A stretch of DNA of 64,000 bases from Bilabrum cf. latius (lineage: Eukaryota): assembly GCA_965178125.1 (NCBI GenBank), contig OZ237776.1, forward strand, positions 434,001-498,000. The letters run 5' to 3'. Each line of letters starts with the position of its first letter. Positions within the stretch are counted from its first letter, which is position 1. The position numbers were made by a program, and so were the translations under genes. The notes under the pieces are model-generated. The model was not told the origin of the DNA. It worked only from the letters and a program-made list of their open reading frames with translations, and ran no database searches. Below, piece by piece: positions 35,324 to 47,434 of this stretch.

Positions 35324-37222
35324 TCATTTCAGCGCACTCCTGCCCCTCCCGTGCAGCACCCGAAACGCGAATGCCTCCACTAGCGCGCTCTGCTTGGCCT
35401 CCGCCCCCATGGGCTGCATGACGATATCCAGGCACCTTGGGCCGAAGCACAGGGGCGGCATCTCATCCATCAGGGGGGCATCCCACCCCTCCGCGGGGGC
35501 ATCCACCTCGCCTCCTAGCAGCAGGAGAGCAGCCCGGCACGATGCATCGAGCGCCGCACCATGTCCCGATGACGCGCCCTCGCACGCCCTCTTCGCCTCT
35601 CGACTGTCCCCCAGCAGCGCCACGCCGCCCAACCGCAGCCTCCTCTGCAGAGGGGCAGACCGCTGCAGCAGCACGGTCAGGCTGCTCGAAAGCGTCCTCA
35701 TCCTCTCGCACAGCCACGCCCTGCCCCCCTCTTGGAACACCGGCCGCTGCAGCACCTGCAGGAGGGCGCCATCACGGTCCCGCCACAGGGCGCCGATGGC
35801 GCGCCGGACCGTCTCCTCCACCTCACCACCGTGCGCTGCACCCTGCTGTCCCTGTCCCCAGGGCAGCAGCACCATCCGGTTCCCCCGCAGGAGCATGGGC
35901 AGCGGCGGCATGGAGCCCCCCGAGTACACTGGGATGGACCCCGCGAAGCTCGAGTCCAGGACCTTCTCGCTCACGTACTGCCTGTCCCACTGGGAGGACT
36001 CGATCGCGATGTCGAAGCAGCGGCCCCGCACAAACTCGTCCTTGTGCCAGGCGCGCTGCCCGATCCCAGGCCAGGTCCGCATGTATGCGCTGGGCAGATC
36101 AACGGCAGGGGCTAGAGGGGCGTACCCTAGGCCGGGAGCCGTCATGGTCTCGCCCAGCAGCGCCCCTCGAGCAGCCCACTGGGCCCATCGCACCCGGAGA
36201 CTCCCAGACAGCCCCTCCCTCCCCCTCGGCAGGCCAGTCCCCGCGATCTACTCAGCTACGTCCTGCACCTAGGGACGCTCCCAGCGGCCCTCCCGCTCCG
36301 CCTCCAGCGCGCTCATGGGAGTCCCCAGGCTCGCGCTTCTGCCCCCATCCTCCATGGCTGGGGGCAGGCCAGCCCACTCCCAGTCACCTGCACTCACTCC
36401 TTGTTCCCTGGGATAGCCTCCCGCATCCTCCCAGGCGGCCTGCAGCGCCCGCAGCGCCAGCGACCGCCGCCCGTCCGCTGTGTCGTGCCCGAGCAACCCA
36501 GAGGCAAACCTTCGCTTGTGCCGCCGAACCCAGTCCAAAGGCAGCCGGTGCGCAAACGTACCAGCCAGGCGCATTCTCTGGGCACTATGAAGAGTATGGG
36601 TGAGAGCCTCGGGCAGGTACATGACCGACCCGAGCTAGGCACCAGGGTCCTGCACACGGCCGGGGCGATCAGGCGCGAAGCCAAGCACCAGGTCAGCCAG
36701 GCTGCGAAGGGCGTCCACGAGGGCATCACCGGCTGCATCTTGCCCTTTGGGTCCGTATCCCATCATGGTGCGGGTCACGAAGTCTGGTTCGGACAGGATA
36801 AGCACAACTGGTATGCCCTGCCGTCTTGCGGCCTCCATTGAGGCAAACGTAAGCTCCCGTGGCAGGTAGATCCCTTGTAGAACAATATCAGGGTTATCTT
36901 GAGCAATGATGATGCGTGGAAAGCATAGTGCTTTCCCTAGCGTTTGCCACAGGGCGTGCCTTGGGTACTCAAAGAAATCAGTTCGTCCAGCGTTGGGCCA
37001 TAGACCGCTTACAGCAACTCGAAGGGCGGACGGGGCTAATTTGCACGAACTTTCTGGTACGCATTCTCCCCCATCGCATGCAAGACGACGATTTTGCAGC
37101 CATGTGAATCCAGTTTGGGATGAAGTGCCCTGCTGGATTGGATGCAATACACGGGCGGATGCAAACATGCCCAGCACTGCCGCCACAGCGTACAAAGACC
37201 ACTGTGCACGCATGATCTGCAT
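35324..37222 (-). CDS. Glycosyltransferase family 10 (alpha-1,3-fucosyltransferase-like), 632 aa
   Basis: N-terminal hydrophobic anchor and GT10-type motif FDIAIESSQWDRQYVSEKVLDSSFAGSIPVYSG. Three ORFs in one frame via TAGs 36635, 36269 and 36248; ends TGA. Confidence 0.8.
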
Positions 37223-37403
37223 TCCAGTGCACTGATTAATATGTTTATGCTATACCAGTGCGCTACCGGTCGTGGGTCAGGTCAGGCAAAGAGTTACAAT
37301 TTCGAACGCCACCAATACTATTTGGCTCCGAGTCCGGGCAGATGAACAACTTTGCATGCATGCAGCATCATGCATTTGCAGGTTTTTCAACACACTCCGC
37401 CTG

Positions 37404-39069
37404 TCATCTCGCCCCACTGTTGACCCCTGCCTCGACACTGTGACGCCCCACCCCAGGGCCAGCTTCCTTCCCTTCAAGTTCCGCTACATCCCCACCGCCG
37501 CCCCCACTGCCCTCTCCCTTGGACCTCTGCCTCGCTCCCGCCCCCGTCCCCACCATCTCCGCCCCCGCCCCCGCCTCTCCCCTGGCGGCCCTCTCCGCCT
37601 CCAGCCGAGCCACACCCTCCCTCCTCAGCTGATCCGCGAGCCCCTTGGCCTCCCCGTGCCCCTCCATCCCGGGCTCCAAGTACCCAAGCACGTCCGCGCG
37701 AGCTGCCTCCGACCCGAAGCGTGGCGCCAACGGAACCAGCCACGTCCATGAAAACTGCCCGCGCGGCGCCCCAAACACGCGATACAGGCCCGTCCACGAG
37801 GTGTGACGAGCGCGCGGGAGTCCCTCCGTGTTGATGTACCTGCCCTTGGCCCTGTCCACAGTGGTCACGTTGTTCCCTATCATGGCCAGCTAGTCCAGCA
37901 GCATGAATGCGGTGAAGCATCCGAACACCACGGCCACCACCACCAGCAAGTACAGGCCGGTGGTGCCCCGACTAGAGAGCGGGCTGCACTTGAACTACCC
38001 ACTAGACGGCGGAGCTGACCCTGACTGCACGCCTGCAACGTTTTCGGTGCTAGCTCCGGCTGGCTCGGCTGTGGAAGCTCCAGCGGCAGTGGCAGTGGCA
38101 GTGGCAGTGGCAGTGGCAGTGGCAGTGGCAGCAGCCCCAGTTGCATCTGGGTTGGGTCCCTTACTGGCACACGAGAAGTACTGCCACATTCCTAGTGAGA
38201 GGGCATACACGCACAGGGCGCAGGTCCAGCCGCAAAACAACAGGAAGTACTTCTGATTACGCACACCGACTGCGATGAGGACGGGCACACGGGCGGACAA
38301 GACGGGAGGATCGGCGGACAGCAGTTGAGCCGGGCCGTGCTGGGGCCGTGCAATTGCGACCCGCAGTGCAACTAATGCTAGTAGCACGCGCCATGTCTAC
38401 CATTGATTCCTGCGCCATTCTTCTCGCAGACCTCACCGGCATTGCCCACCCATGGACAGACGTGATCCAGACCCGCGACACATCGGCCCAGGGACCGGCT
38501 GTGGCTGGCGCGAGGTGGCTTGAACGCGCGGCACTCATTGCACCGCTGCAGCACCTTCTGGCCCGCCACTGTCGGGGCGCGGAGGACTCGGGAAGGCTTG
38601 ACGCCACTTTTTCCTTCGACGGTGTCCAATAGCGGCGCGGCGTCGGAAGGCACGCAACCCGGGTCTGTGAACATGGCTGCGAGCATCTTGTTGAAGAGAG
38701 GTAGCTGGCGAGGAGAGGTGTGGTGTGGTGCACGCAGGCGGTCGTTCCATGCAGACACTCGATTTTGTCATGTGTACACACTCAATCAATCACAGAAAAT
38801 GAAATTTGTCCCATTCCACAAGCCAAACCTGCCTTACTTCGTGCATTGCAGGCCAATGCCATTGAGGCCAAAAAAGCCAATGCCATTGTTGCTGGCATTG
38901 CCATCGAGCTAGACCCCAGCCACGGAGCAATGACAACCTATGAGCATAAATATGATTGCGATAAGACTAGACTCCATGTAAAGCTGGCCCCAAATAAGCC
39001 CGTCGGGTGAGCATAAAACCAAATCGCCGCGCCTTCGTGAGTCCCGATACTCCAGCTGTTGTGCTTCAT
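37404..39069 (-). CDS. DHHC palmitoyltransferase, zDHHC3/7-like, with DHVC motif
   Basis: Exons 39069-38838, 38676-38437 and 38269-37404; introns 38837-38677 and 38436-38270 are GT-AG. Spliced motifs [41 protein letters not shown] and [20 protein letters not shown]. TAGs 38938, 37995 and 37890; ends TGA. Confidence 0.9.
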
Positions 39070-39250
39070 TTAAAATACAAAACCAGTCAATAGATTGAGT
39101 AATCTGCAGCTATACCTTGCCAGGTATGCCCAGGTGCACCTCCACCAGCCAGAGAATGTCAGTTCATCCGGCGAACTTTATCACCTCACCGAACGTTCGT
39201 AATTCCAACGGCAACTACGACAACAAATCGCTTCAATACAGCTAAACGTA

Positions 39251-42200
39251 ATGGAAGCAGTCCATTCGATAGCATCAGTATTAGTAATTGACTATTTACG
39301 TGATATTGGTTGCGATGAAGCTGCGTCAATGATGGAAAAGGCTCAAGAACAAGCCGCAGCGAAGGGGCTTCACACTCTGGGCGAGAAGCAGGAGCATACG
39401 GAGACCCGAAGCGCAGTTGAGAGTACGCGATTGCTTTTACGTAGTATGAAAGCTCGCTCAATCCCCGGGGATAGGTCTCCCGGCCTTCAGTAGGTAGGGC
39501 TGCTCTCGCGCCTGGTTGGCACAGTGAAACCGCGTCCACCACAAACCTTCAGATCCCATGGTCTCACCACAGATTAGGATGCATAGCTGCGAGTGCAGGC
39601 CGCACAACAAGCTGGTGTAACAATTGACAAAATCAAGCATGCCGGAGCTCCGAGCAAGTCATCCAGTCGCGGTGTCTCGAAGCGAAAGCGCAAGGCGAGC
39701 AGCACCAGGAAGAATATGTGCGAAGGCACACCAAAGCTAGGCAACGCATTGGCAGGAAGGGGAAAACTTGGAGCAGAATCCCAATAGAAAGACTCGATGG
39801 GCCTGCCTTCGCGGTCCGATCTCCAGCACGAGCGGCTGGAAGTGTCTGGGCCAGAACTTCTATCGACAGACGGACCCTTGCAGGCGGCAGGTGCCTGGAC
39901 AGCATCGGATGCAGTGGAGCCAGGTCTGCCCAAAGCAGCACATTCAATAGAGCAGGGAATGACACGCAGCGGAGAGACAGAACAGGGGAGCAAGCAAGGG
40001 CTAGGGCTGGGTGAAGGTACTGGCGACAAGACACTGCTTGGGAGCGGCAGTGGCGCTGGTGGAGATGCAGGTGCAGGTGCAGGCACGGGCACTGGATTCG
40101 GCGGCAGCAGTACAGGTGGATTCGGCGGCAGCAGTACAGGTGGATTCGGCGGCAGCAGTACAGGTGGATTCGGCGGCAGCAGTACAGGTGGATTCGGCGG
40201 CAGCAGTGCAGGTGCAGGCGCAGGTACGGGCACTGGATTCGGCGGCAGCAGTACAGGTGGATTCGGCGGCAGCAGTGCAGGTGCAGGTGCAGGCACGGGC
40301 ACTGGATTCGGCGGCAGCAGTACAGGTGGATTCGGCGGCAGCAGTACAGGTGCAGGTGCAGGCACGGGCACTGGATTCGGCGGCAGCAGTACAGGTGGAT
40401 TCGGCGGCAGCAGTGCAGGTGCAGGTGCAGGTACGGGCACTGGATTCGGCGGCAAGGTGTCAGCGTGGGGCGAAGCATCGTCCACTCCCAGAGACACAAG
40501 GGGATTGAGCGCTTAGCAGCAACCGTAGGTGCACCAGCAGTTCGAGTAGGATGAAGGTGGAGCTGGCAGTGCGGAGCACCAGCCTCCTACAGAGCCAGTG
40601 GCGTGGGGCCAAGCTGCATCTAAGCGCGAAATCAGCCCGAGACCATCTGCATGGGGTCAGGCAAGTCCAGAGGGAGGTGCCATCTCCACTGTTGTGCCGC
40701 CATCATCTGCAGCAGAGGCATAGGTAGCGGAGCAAGGGAACGATGTCCTGGTCGAGGAGGACGTCGATGACCTGGATGAGGAGCAAGGAGGTATGGTGGG
40801 GACGGGAAATTAGAGCGCCGCGCGAGGCAGTGCAGTGCACCCAGTGCCGGCAGCCGGGCTTGCAGCGTCATCTAGCGATGGCAGTCGTGATGGGCTGGCT
40901 CCGCCACTGGTTCCGCTGTCCCTAGGCGCCGCGCAGCTGGATACGTGTGACGGGCAGGACACCCCCGCGTTCATAGAGGGACTGCCCCTGCGGCGAGACG
41001 AAGCAGCGGCGCTGCAGGTGCTTCTCTTCGGGTCTACAGAGGGCGCGGATGCGGCTGCGCGGGCGGGCAGATACTCCAGCCGGGGGCTTGGGGTGCTGCG
41101 GGAGCCGTGGACGCGGCAGGGTCTCTTCTTCATGTACCAGAGCGAGGAAGCAGGAGCGGCAAGGGAGGGCCAGCTGCAGCTGCCGGGGAGTGGCGCGGCG
41201 GGCAGTGGAAGCAGCAGCGGTGGTATCAGTGATTTGTCGTACGGTCTGGTGCAGAGCAAGGGAGGTCCCTGCGGCCCCCTGGCCTGCGTGCAAGCGTGGA
41301 CCATGGCTCGACTGGCAGACCCGAGTCAGTGGACAGAGCCAATGCGAGCCGCAAATAAAGCGGCGGAGGAGCATGGCAGCAGCAGCAGCAGCAGCAGCGG
41401 TGCCGGGTCGACTGGGGGCGTGGAGGCCGGCGCGGGAAGCAAGTAGAGGAAGAAGAGGGGCGCGTTTCGCTGGCAGTGCCTCAGGGTGAGGGAGGAGGCA
41501 TGTGCCGAGGGCGTGGTGGACATGCTATGGATGTGCGCGGAAGAGGCCTGGAATGCGGCTGCGGCTGAGCGGAGGAGCGAGAGGGGGGCAGGGGTCGGTG
41601 GCCCCGTGGCTGTGCTGGCCCTGCCCGCTGGCAGAGGACAGCTGCGGCCGCCGCTTGCTGGATTGCTTCCATCGGGGAGCAGGTCGGCCGAAGGAGACGA
41701 TGCCAGGCTGAGTGCGGAACACATGCAAGGCGCCGTGCCCTCCGACGGGTGTCTGAGTCGGGTGCGGGCTGTGGCGTGCGACAGTCGCGAGTCTCTCCGG
41801 GGGGCGGTGCGGCGGGGCTGGCCCCTGCTGGCTGAGCCAGGGGGGCTGGGGCTCGTTGCTGTGGTGCTGTCGGCGATGCTGACCAGAGGCGTGCTGCCGT
41901 ATGCGCGCACCGGACCCCTGCTGCTGCTTGAGCAACTCCGTGCTGTGGAGGCCGGAGTGAGCACAGGAGGGAGGGTGCCCTCTGTGGGCGGGTACTAGTA
42001 GCAGCCGGAGCTGCTGCTGGGCAAGGACCTTATCGAGGGTGTGGCGGCGGGTGGCGGAGATGGTGGGTGCAGCGGTGATTTTGATTCCGGGTTGGGCGCA
42101 GAGGGTCGCATGATCGGCGCCCACGGGTATGCGACCCAGGAGCTGGTGAACCTGATGCTGGTGGGGCGTGCCTGGAGCAACACGATCGATGGAACGAAAT

Positions 42201-42754
42201 CGTTCGGGGGAGCAGATGAGGGCACGGACAAGGACAAGGACAAGGACAAGGGCAAGGAAATGGCAGAGAAAAAGCAGAAGGAGTCAGGTGTGGTGCTGCA
42301 CGGCCCCCACCGCCGCAGCTCGATCGGCTTCTTGTCCCTGCACGAGCACTACGGGAGCGTGCTGGTGGGCGCGAGACTCAAGGACCCAGCCCGGCCCGTG
42401 TGGGTCATCAGCTCAGAAAGCCACTACACGTGCGCCTGGGTGTCGTGTCCCCACCTGGGGGCATCCCCCGCTCCCCCTGGGGGTGAGTGCAGGTGGGACA
42501 TGCCTGTGGACCTGCACTACTGGGACGGGCTCGTGGGGCAGGACGAGGAGATCATGTTCTCGCTGGAGGACGACGAGAAGAAAAAAGAGGTAGCGGCGAG
42601 CCGAGGCAAGAGTGCATCGCATAGTGGTGCACCCTCCTCGTTCTCAGTGGCCGGTATCCTTGGGCTGGATGACGCGCCCCCGCTGGAACTGGTCCTGAAG
42701 ACGAGGTGGAAGGGGGCAGCGGTGGACTGGAACGGGGTGCAGCCGTGGCTGTAA
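39251..42754 (+). CDS. MINDY4: MINDY-4-like deubiquitinase (FAM188B family), 1167 aa
   Basis: N-terminal IASVLVIDYL helix, QSKGGPCGPLACVQA (catalytic Cys), GYATQELVNLMLVGRA, PVWVISSESHY, YWDGL and PPLELVLKTRWKGAAVDWNGVQPWL-TAA. One frame with 12 internal TAGs. Confidence 0.9.
40086..40454 (+). repeat. Coding tandem repeat (GGFGGSST)n interleaved with GAGAGTGT spacers
   Basis: 24-bp core ggtggattcggcggcagcagtaca, about 12 FG motifs. Confidence 0.92.
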
Positions 42755-42837
42755 CGGGTGCTTTCACATTTTAACAATGATCGCAAGTTTCATGTTGCAA
42801 GCAAAGCAAAGCGCAAAATTTAACACCACTCAAGCCC

Positions 42838-43270
42838 TTCAGCCAGATCCCCTCTCCGTGCGCCGCACCCCTTCCACAACCTCAGCCAGACCCTCTCTCC
42901 GTGCGCCGCACCCCTTCCACAACCTCAGCCAGACCCTCTCTCCGTGCGCCGCACCCCCTCCACAACCTCAGCCAGACCCTCTCTCCGTGCGCCGCACCCC
43001 CTCCACAACCTCAGCCAGACCCTCTCTCCGTGCGCCGCACCCCTTCCACAACCTCAGCCAGACCCTCTCTCCGTGCGCCGCACCCCCTCCACAACCTCAG
43101 CCAGACCCTCTCTCCGTGCGCCGCACCCCCTCCACAACCTCAGCCAGACCCTCTCTCCGTGCGCCGCACCCCCTCCACAACCTCAGCCAGACCCTCTCTC
43201 CGTGCGCCGCACCCCCTCCACAACCTCAGCCAGACCCTCTCTCCGTGCGCCGCACCCCTTCCACAACCTC
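42838..43270. repeat. 43-bp minisatellite, about 10 copies
   Basis: Unit ctcagccagaccctctctccgtgcgccgcacccc(c/t)tccacaac, head-to-tail with no spacers. Confidence 0.97.
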
Positions 43271-44710
43271 CGCGAGCCCACGCTTGGCCTGCCCATCAAT
43301 TCCCACCACGCCCAGGGAACACAGGTATTCTACAAACGCAGGGACAGTGACTCTGTAGTACTTCTCCAGCATCTTGCACGTTGCGGGCGGGATATCCACC
43401 AGCCAGTCCACTCCGGCGAATCGAACCTGGCCGGTGCCGTTGACCGCAGGCCCGGCCAGCTGCTCAAAGGCAAGCCGGAAGAAGTCAGCCTGCATCTGTT
43501 GGGATGACCCATCCGTGGAGGGGGGCGTATGCCCGGGTTCATACCCCGAGGGGAAGCCCAGCTCCTGCATGACCACGCATCTGCCCCCGGGTAGCATAGA
43601 GGGCAGGGCGCCAAGATCGCGGGGAACCGCCACGGCGGGGTCCTGCACGCTGAAGTTGCCCTGCAGCGGGTAATACGTGACTGGGATGGCATCGGTGACC
43701 TGTGGCAGGGCAAGGTAGGCGAACCACTCTGATGATCTGGTCCCCTGCGCGGCGAGACCGCCGTAGGTGAGAGTCACCCCCACCGAGAGACGGGAGGCGC
43801 CTTCACCCCCCGTGATGTTGTGGGCCACCGCGCGGGCGATGTACGTGAACAGAGCGTACTCCACTGCATGCTCCGGGTGCATGCCCTCGAGCGTGCCGTC
43901 CACCTCGTTGCCCACTCCCAGGTGAGTGCCTCCGTGGGCCACGATCAGAGGGACTGCCTGACCAAGCATGATCGCGTACCGAGTCACCACCTCGGTACTG
44001 TTCCACGCCAGCCCAGGCCTCAGCCTGTCCGGGTCATCAGGATCCAAGAGGTCCCTGGGCACCGACGCCGTGTCCGTGTCGATAGCAGGAAGGTTCACGA
44101 TCGAATGCAGGCCCACCTGGCCCAGTAGCTGCATGACTGCCGCAAGCTCGCTGACGTTTAGCCCCCCCTTCGTTGGTTCCAGCTGCTACCATGTCTGGTC
44201 GAACGCGAAGCCGCTCATGCCGGCGCCAAGAATCTCGTTCCAAATCTTGTCTGTCTTTTTCTTCGCGTCCGGATCGTCCGGCGGCGAATATGACACGGAC
44301 GTGTGAGTTCCCGGTGGCAGCAGGGGGAGGCACGATAAGTTCTAAAATGATGGGGCCTGCTCTTGCACGGGGTGCAGCATGTATTCAGCGGGATACTCAA
44401 TGGGTCGGCGCGTACCCATCGCTGAAATGGCCGTGTGCAAGGCCGCTGCGCGTTGAATAGGAGAGGCCCGCTGGCCAGGTGCTGGGGTTGGAAGTATGGT
44501 CAAATCTACTGTAGCGGCGAGGTGCTCGGTGACTTTCTTGACTCCATCTACTGGGATGCCCCTTCCGTACATTCGCTCCGCTTCGGCGATCGCAAGCTTA
44601 GACACATGCTCAAGCGTGCTGTGAGCTGAAGCGGCTAGTTCAGGAAACGCTTCACTTGCTATTGATACAAAAGGGCTACTGACTAGAATGGCAGCCATTA
44701 TTGCTCGCAT
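43226..44710 (-). CDS. Secreted glycoside hydrolase, clan GH-A-like TIM barrel, 494 aa
   Basis: Signal peptide MRAIMAAILVSSPFVSIAS, W*QLEPTKG, LGVGNEVD (acid/base), PVTYYP, VMQELGFPS (nucleophile) and QADFF. TAGs 44342 and 44186; ends TGA inside the 43-bp repeat. Confidence 0.72.
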
Positions 44711-45023
44711 ACTGAAAGTCTGGCTAGGAAGGAGTGGCCTTGTATTCGGGCCGTTCCTGGGCATATCGTGGAACTTTCGCAGAACACGATGTTTTCCATA
44801 CGGCTGAATGGAGCAATCAGGGCAAGACACATCTCATGGTTGTAATAAAGCTTTGATATTGTACTTCTTCATGGTGTCAATCCGGTTCATGTAGAAGCCG
44901 CTTGGGCCATTTGATCCGAATTGGCGGCGGGCCGGCGGCGGCCTCTGCGCTACAATTTCACACGCTACAATTCGAAAGTTGCACTTCCGGTGAGAGGTCG
45001 TGGCAAGGCCACTGCTTGACTCC

Positions 45024-47371
45024 ATGAAGTCGTATGGTAGCTTGTTGGCGTCTGTGCTTACTTTATGTGCAGTGAAGATATCACAGTCGGCGCCGCCACC
45101 GCATATTGTTTTCATTCTGGCTGGTGAGGATGGCTCCCACGATCTACGACACGCTGTCGTCTGAATACAACGCCTACTCCTTCCACGTTTCATGGCTTTC
45201 TTAAAACTCCATAATTTATATCAATGCAGATGATCTCGGTTACAACGATGTCAACTTTGAACCCGAGGGATCCCCGGAAGCGACTTGCGCGATACGCACA
45301 CCACATACCACGAATCTTGCGCGGAATGGGCTTGTGCTTGGACGAGCACACATCAACCCGATCTGCACGCCCACTAGATCGTCACTGATGTCTGGGTAAG
45401 CACTGGGTTTTTTTCGGGGTGGGGGGGGGGGGGTGCTACTCGCTTGCCATCCGTGCTACGCGTCATCGCCTGATCCTGATTAGGCCCAGCCTGTATCTTC
45501 ACTCGCTTCCGTCGCAGACGGTATCCAATCCACTTGGGTCTGTAGCACGGCGTTATCCTAGATGCGCAGCGCAACGCCGTTCCCTTGAACAACACGTTGC
45601 TGCCCGCCCGTCTCAAGTCGGCGGGCTACTAGACGCACATGGTGGGGAAGTGGCACTGCGGCTTCTACAAGGAGGAGTACGCGCCGTACAACAGGGGCTT
45701 CGACACCTGGTTCGGTTACTACACGGGCAACGAGGACTACTGGATGCACCAGTCGCCGGCGTGGCACGCGGGCAACTTCACCGGGCTAGACCTGAGCCAC
45801 GGGCGCCCGGGGCAGCCCCCGGTCCCTGACTTTAGCTGGAACGGGACCTACAGCACCAACCTGTTCGGGGGCGTGGCCGTAGACCTCATCAACTAGTTCG
45901 CTGACACCCCCCCTGCAGCCCGCGCCCAGCAGGGGGGGGACAAGCTCTTCCTGTACCTGCCCTTCGAGGCCGTGCATGGGGCGGCTTCATGCGACCCGGA
46001 CTGCTTCAACCCAACGGGGGATCTGCTGCAGGCCCCCCAGCAGTACATCGACCAGCAGCCCGAGGGAATGAACAGCGAGAGGCGAACCTTCGCTGGGATG
46101 GTTGGCGCGCTGGACGAGGCCGTTGGTAATGTGACGAGTGCGCTTAAGGCGAAGGGACTCTGGAACAACACGCTGCTGGTTTGGGTGAGTTGGACTGCCA
46201 TCGAGCCACTGCATCGAGCCATTTATTCCCAACCCGCGGTTCTCTGATGTCGCGGCATTGTTGCTTGATTCTGTCCTCACCCGCACCTCTGTATACCGCT
46301 TTGCCTCCGCAATGACTGCAGACAAACGATAACGGAGCCCCCGATTCACACTTCAACGGCCAGGCGCTGTCGAACTTCCCTCTGGTGAGAAGGAGAACAG
46401 TGTCATTCTTGCTATATTCCCGCCACACGACTTCCATTCGCGCTCGTTGCCATCCCGTCCCCCCCACCGTTTGCTCACCGATCGAATTGGATGTATTCGT
46501 CACTCCACGGTTTGCTCACCAATTGCAGAGAGGCGGCAAGGGCACTCTGTGGGAGGGCGGGCACAGGGCGCGCTGGTTCTTCTCCGGGGGATGGGAGGGG
46601 CTGGACCAGGTCGGTCGCAACTGGACGGGCATGGCCCACATCACGGACGTCCTTCCCTCCCTGGTGGCTGTCGCAGGGGGGGGGGCAAAGGGGGGCCCGG
46701 GGACAGGGCTGCCTTTGATGCTCACGGCGGACGAGTCTCACCGGTATGACCCCGCATCGGGGACAGACAGGCTCACGGGGGCCCCCGCTGAGATGCCGCT
46801 GGACGGGTATGACGTCCTGACCCCGGCCATGCAGGACAAGCCCAGTCCCCGAACGGAGATCCTGCACAACATTGACCCCATCGGGAAGGGCAGGGCAGTG
46901 CGGGTGGGTGAGCTCAAGCTCATGTGCGGGCAGGGGAATGCTGGGTGGGGCCCCAACCCCGACAAAGGGCTCGTGCCCGGGGCGCGATCCGGGTCCAAGC
47001 CAGACTCGTTGGGAGGAAACCAGCGCGCTTTGCCCCCCAGCAGCATGGCGGACCCCGGCGATTGCCACCTGTACAACATCACGGCGGACCCATGCGAGCG
47101 CGTGGACCTCATCGATAATCCCGAGTATCAGTAGGACCTGGCGAGGGTGCAGGCCAGGCTGCAGCAGTACGCCGACTCGGCTGTGCCCGTGAGGTACCCC
47201 CAGCCAGACCTCTCCTGCAATCCCAACCTGCCGGGCCGCACAGGCGCCTGGGCGCCGTGGGTGCCGGACAGCGGGCCCGGTAGCGACGAGGAAGCCGAGA
47301 TGCTGGGCCTGCCCTGGGCGCCTTCGCAGGTGTGGGAGCACAGCTCGAGGCTCTTCAAAAGCGAAGTGTGA
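45024..47371 (+). CDS. Arylsulfatase B-like sulfatase, secreted or lysosomal
   Basis: Five exons; introns 45124-45229, 45396-45517, 46185-46321 and 46385-46528. Motifs [64 protein letters not shown] and [11 protein letters not shown]. TAGs 45543, 45630, 45894 and 47132; ends TGA. Confidence 0.94.
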
Positions 47372-47434
47372 TGCGATCGCTGCCGCTGGCTGGGTGCCTC
47401 GTCACCCTTCCAAGTCGGCTGAGTGCATTCCCGC

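Noticed and set aside
42838-43270. CRISPR array
   Set aside because: The units are contiguous with no unique spacers, there are no cas genes, and the context is eukaryotic.
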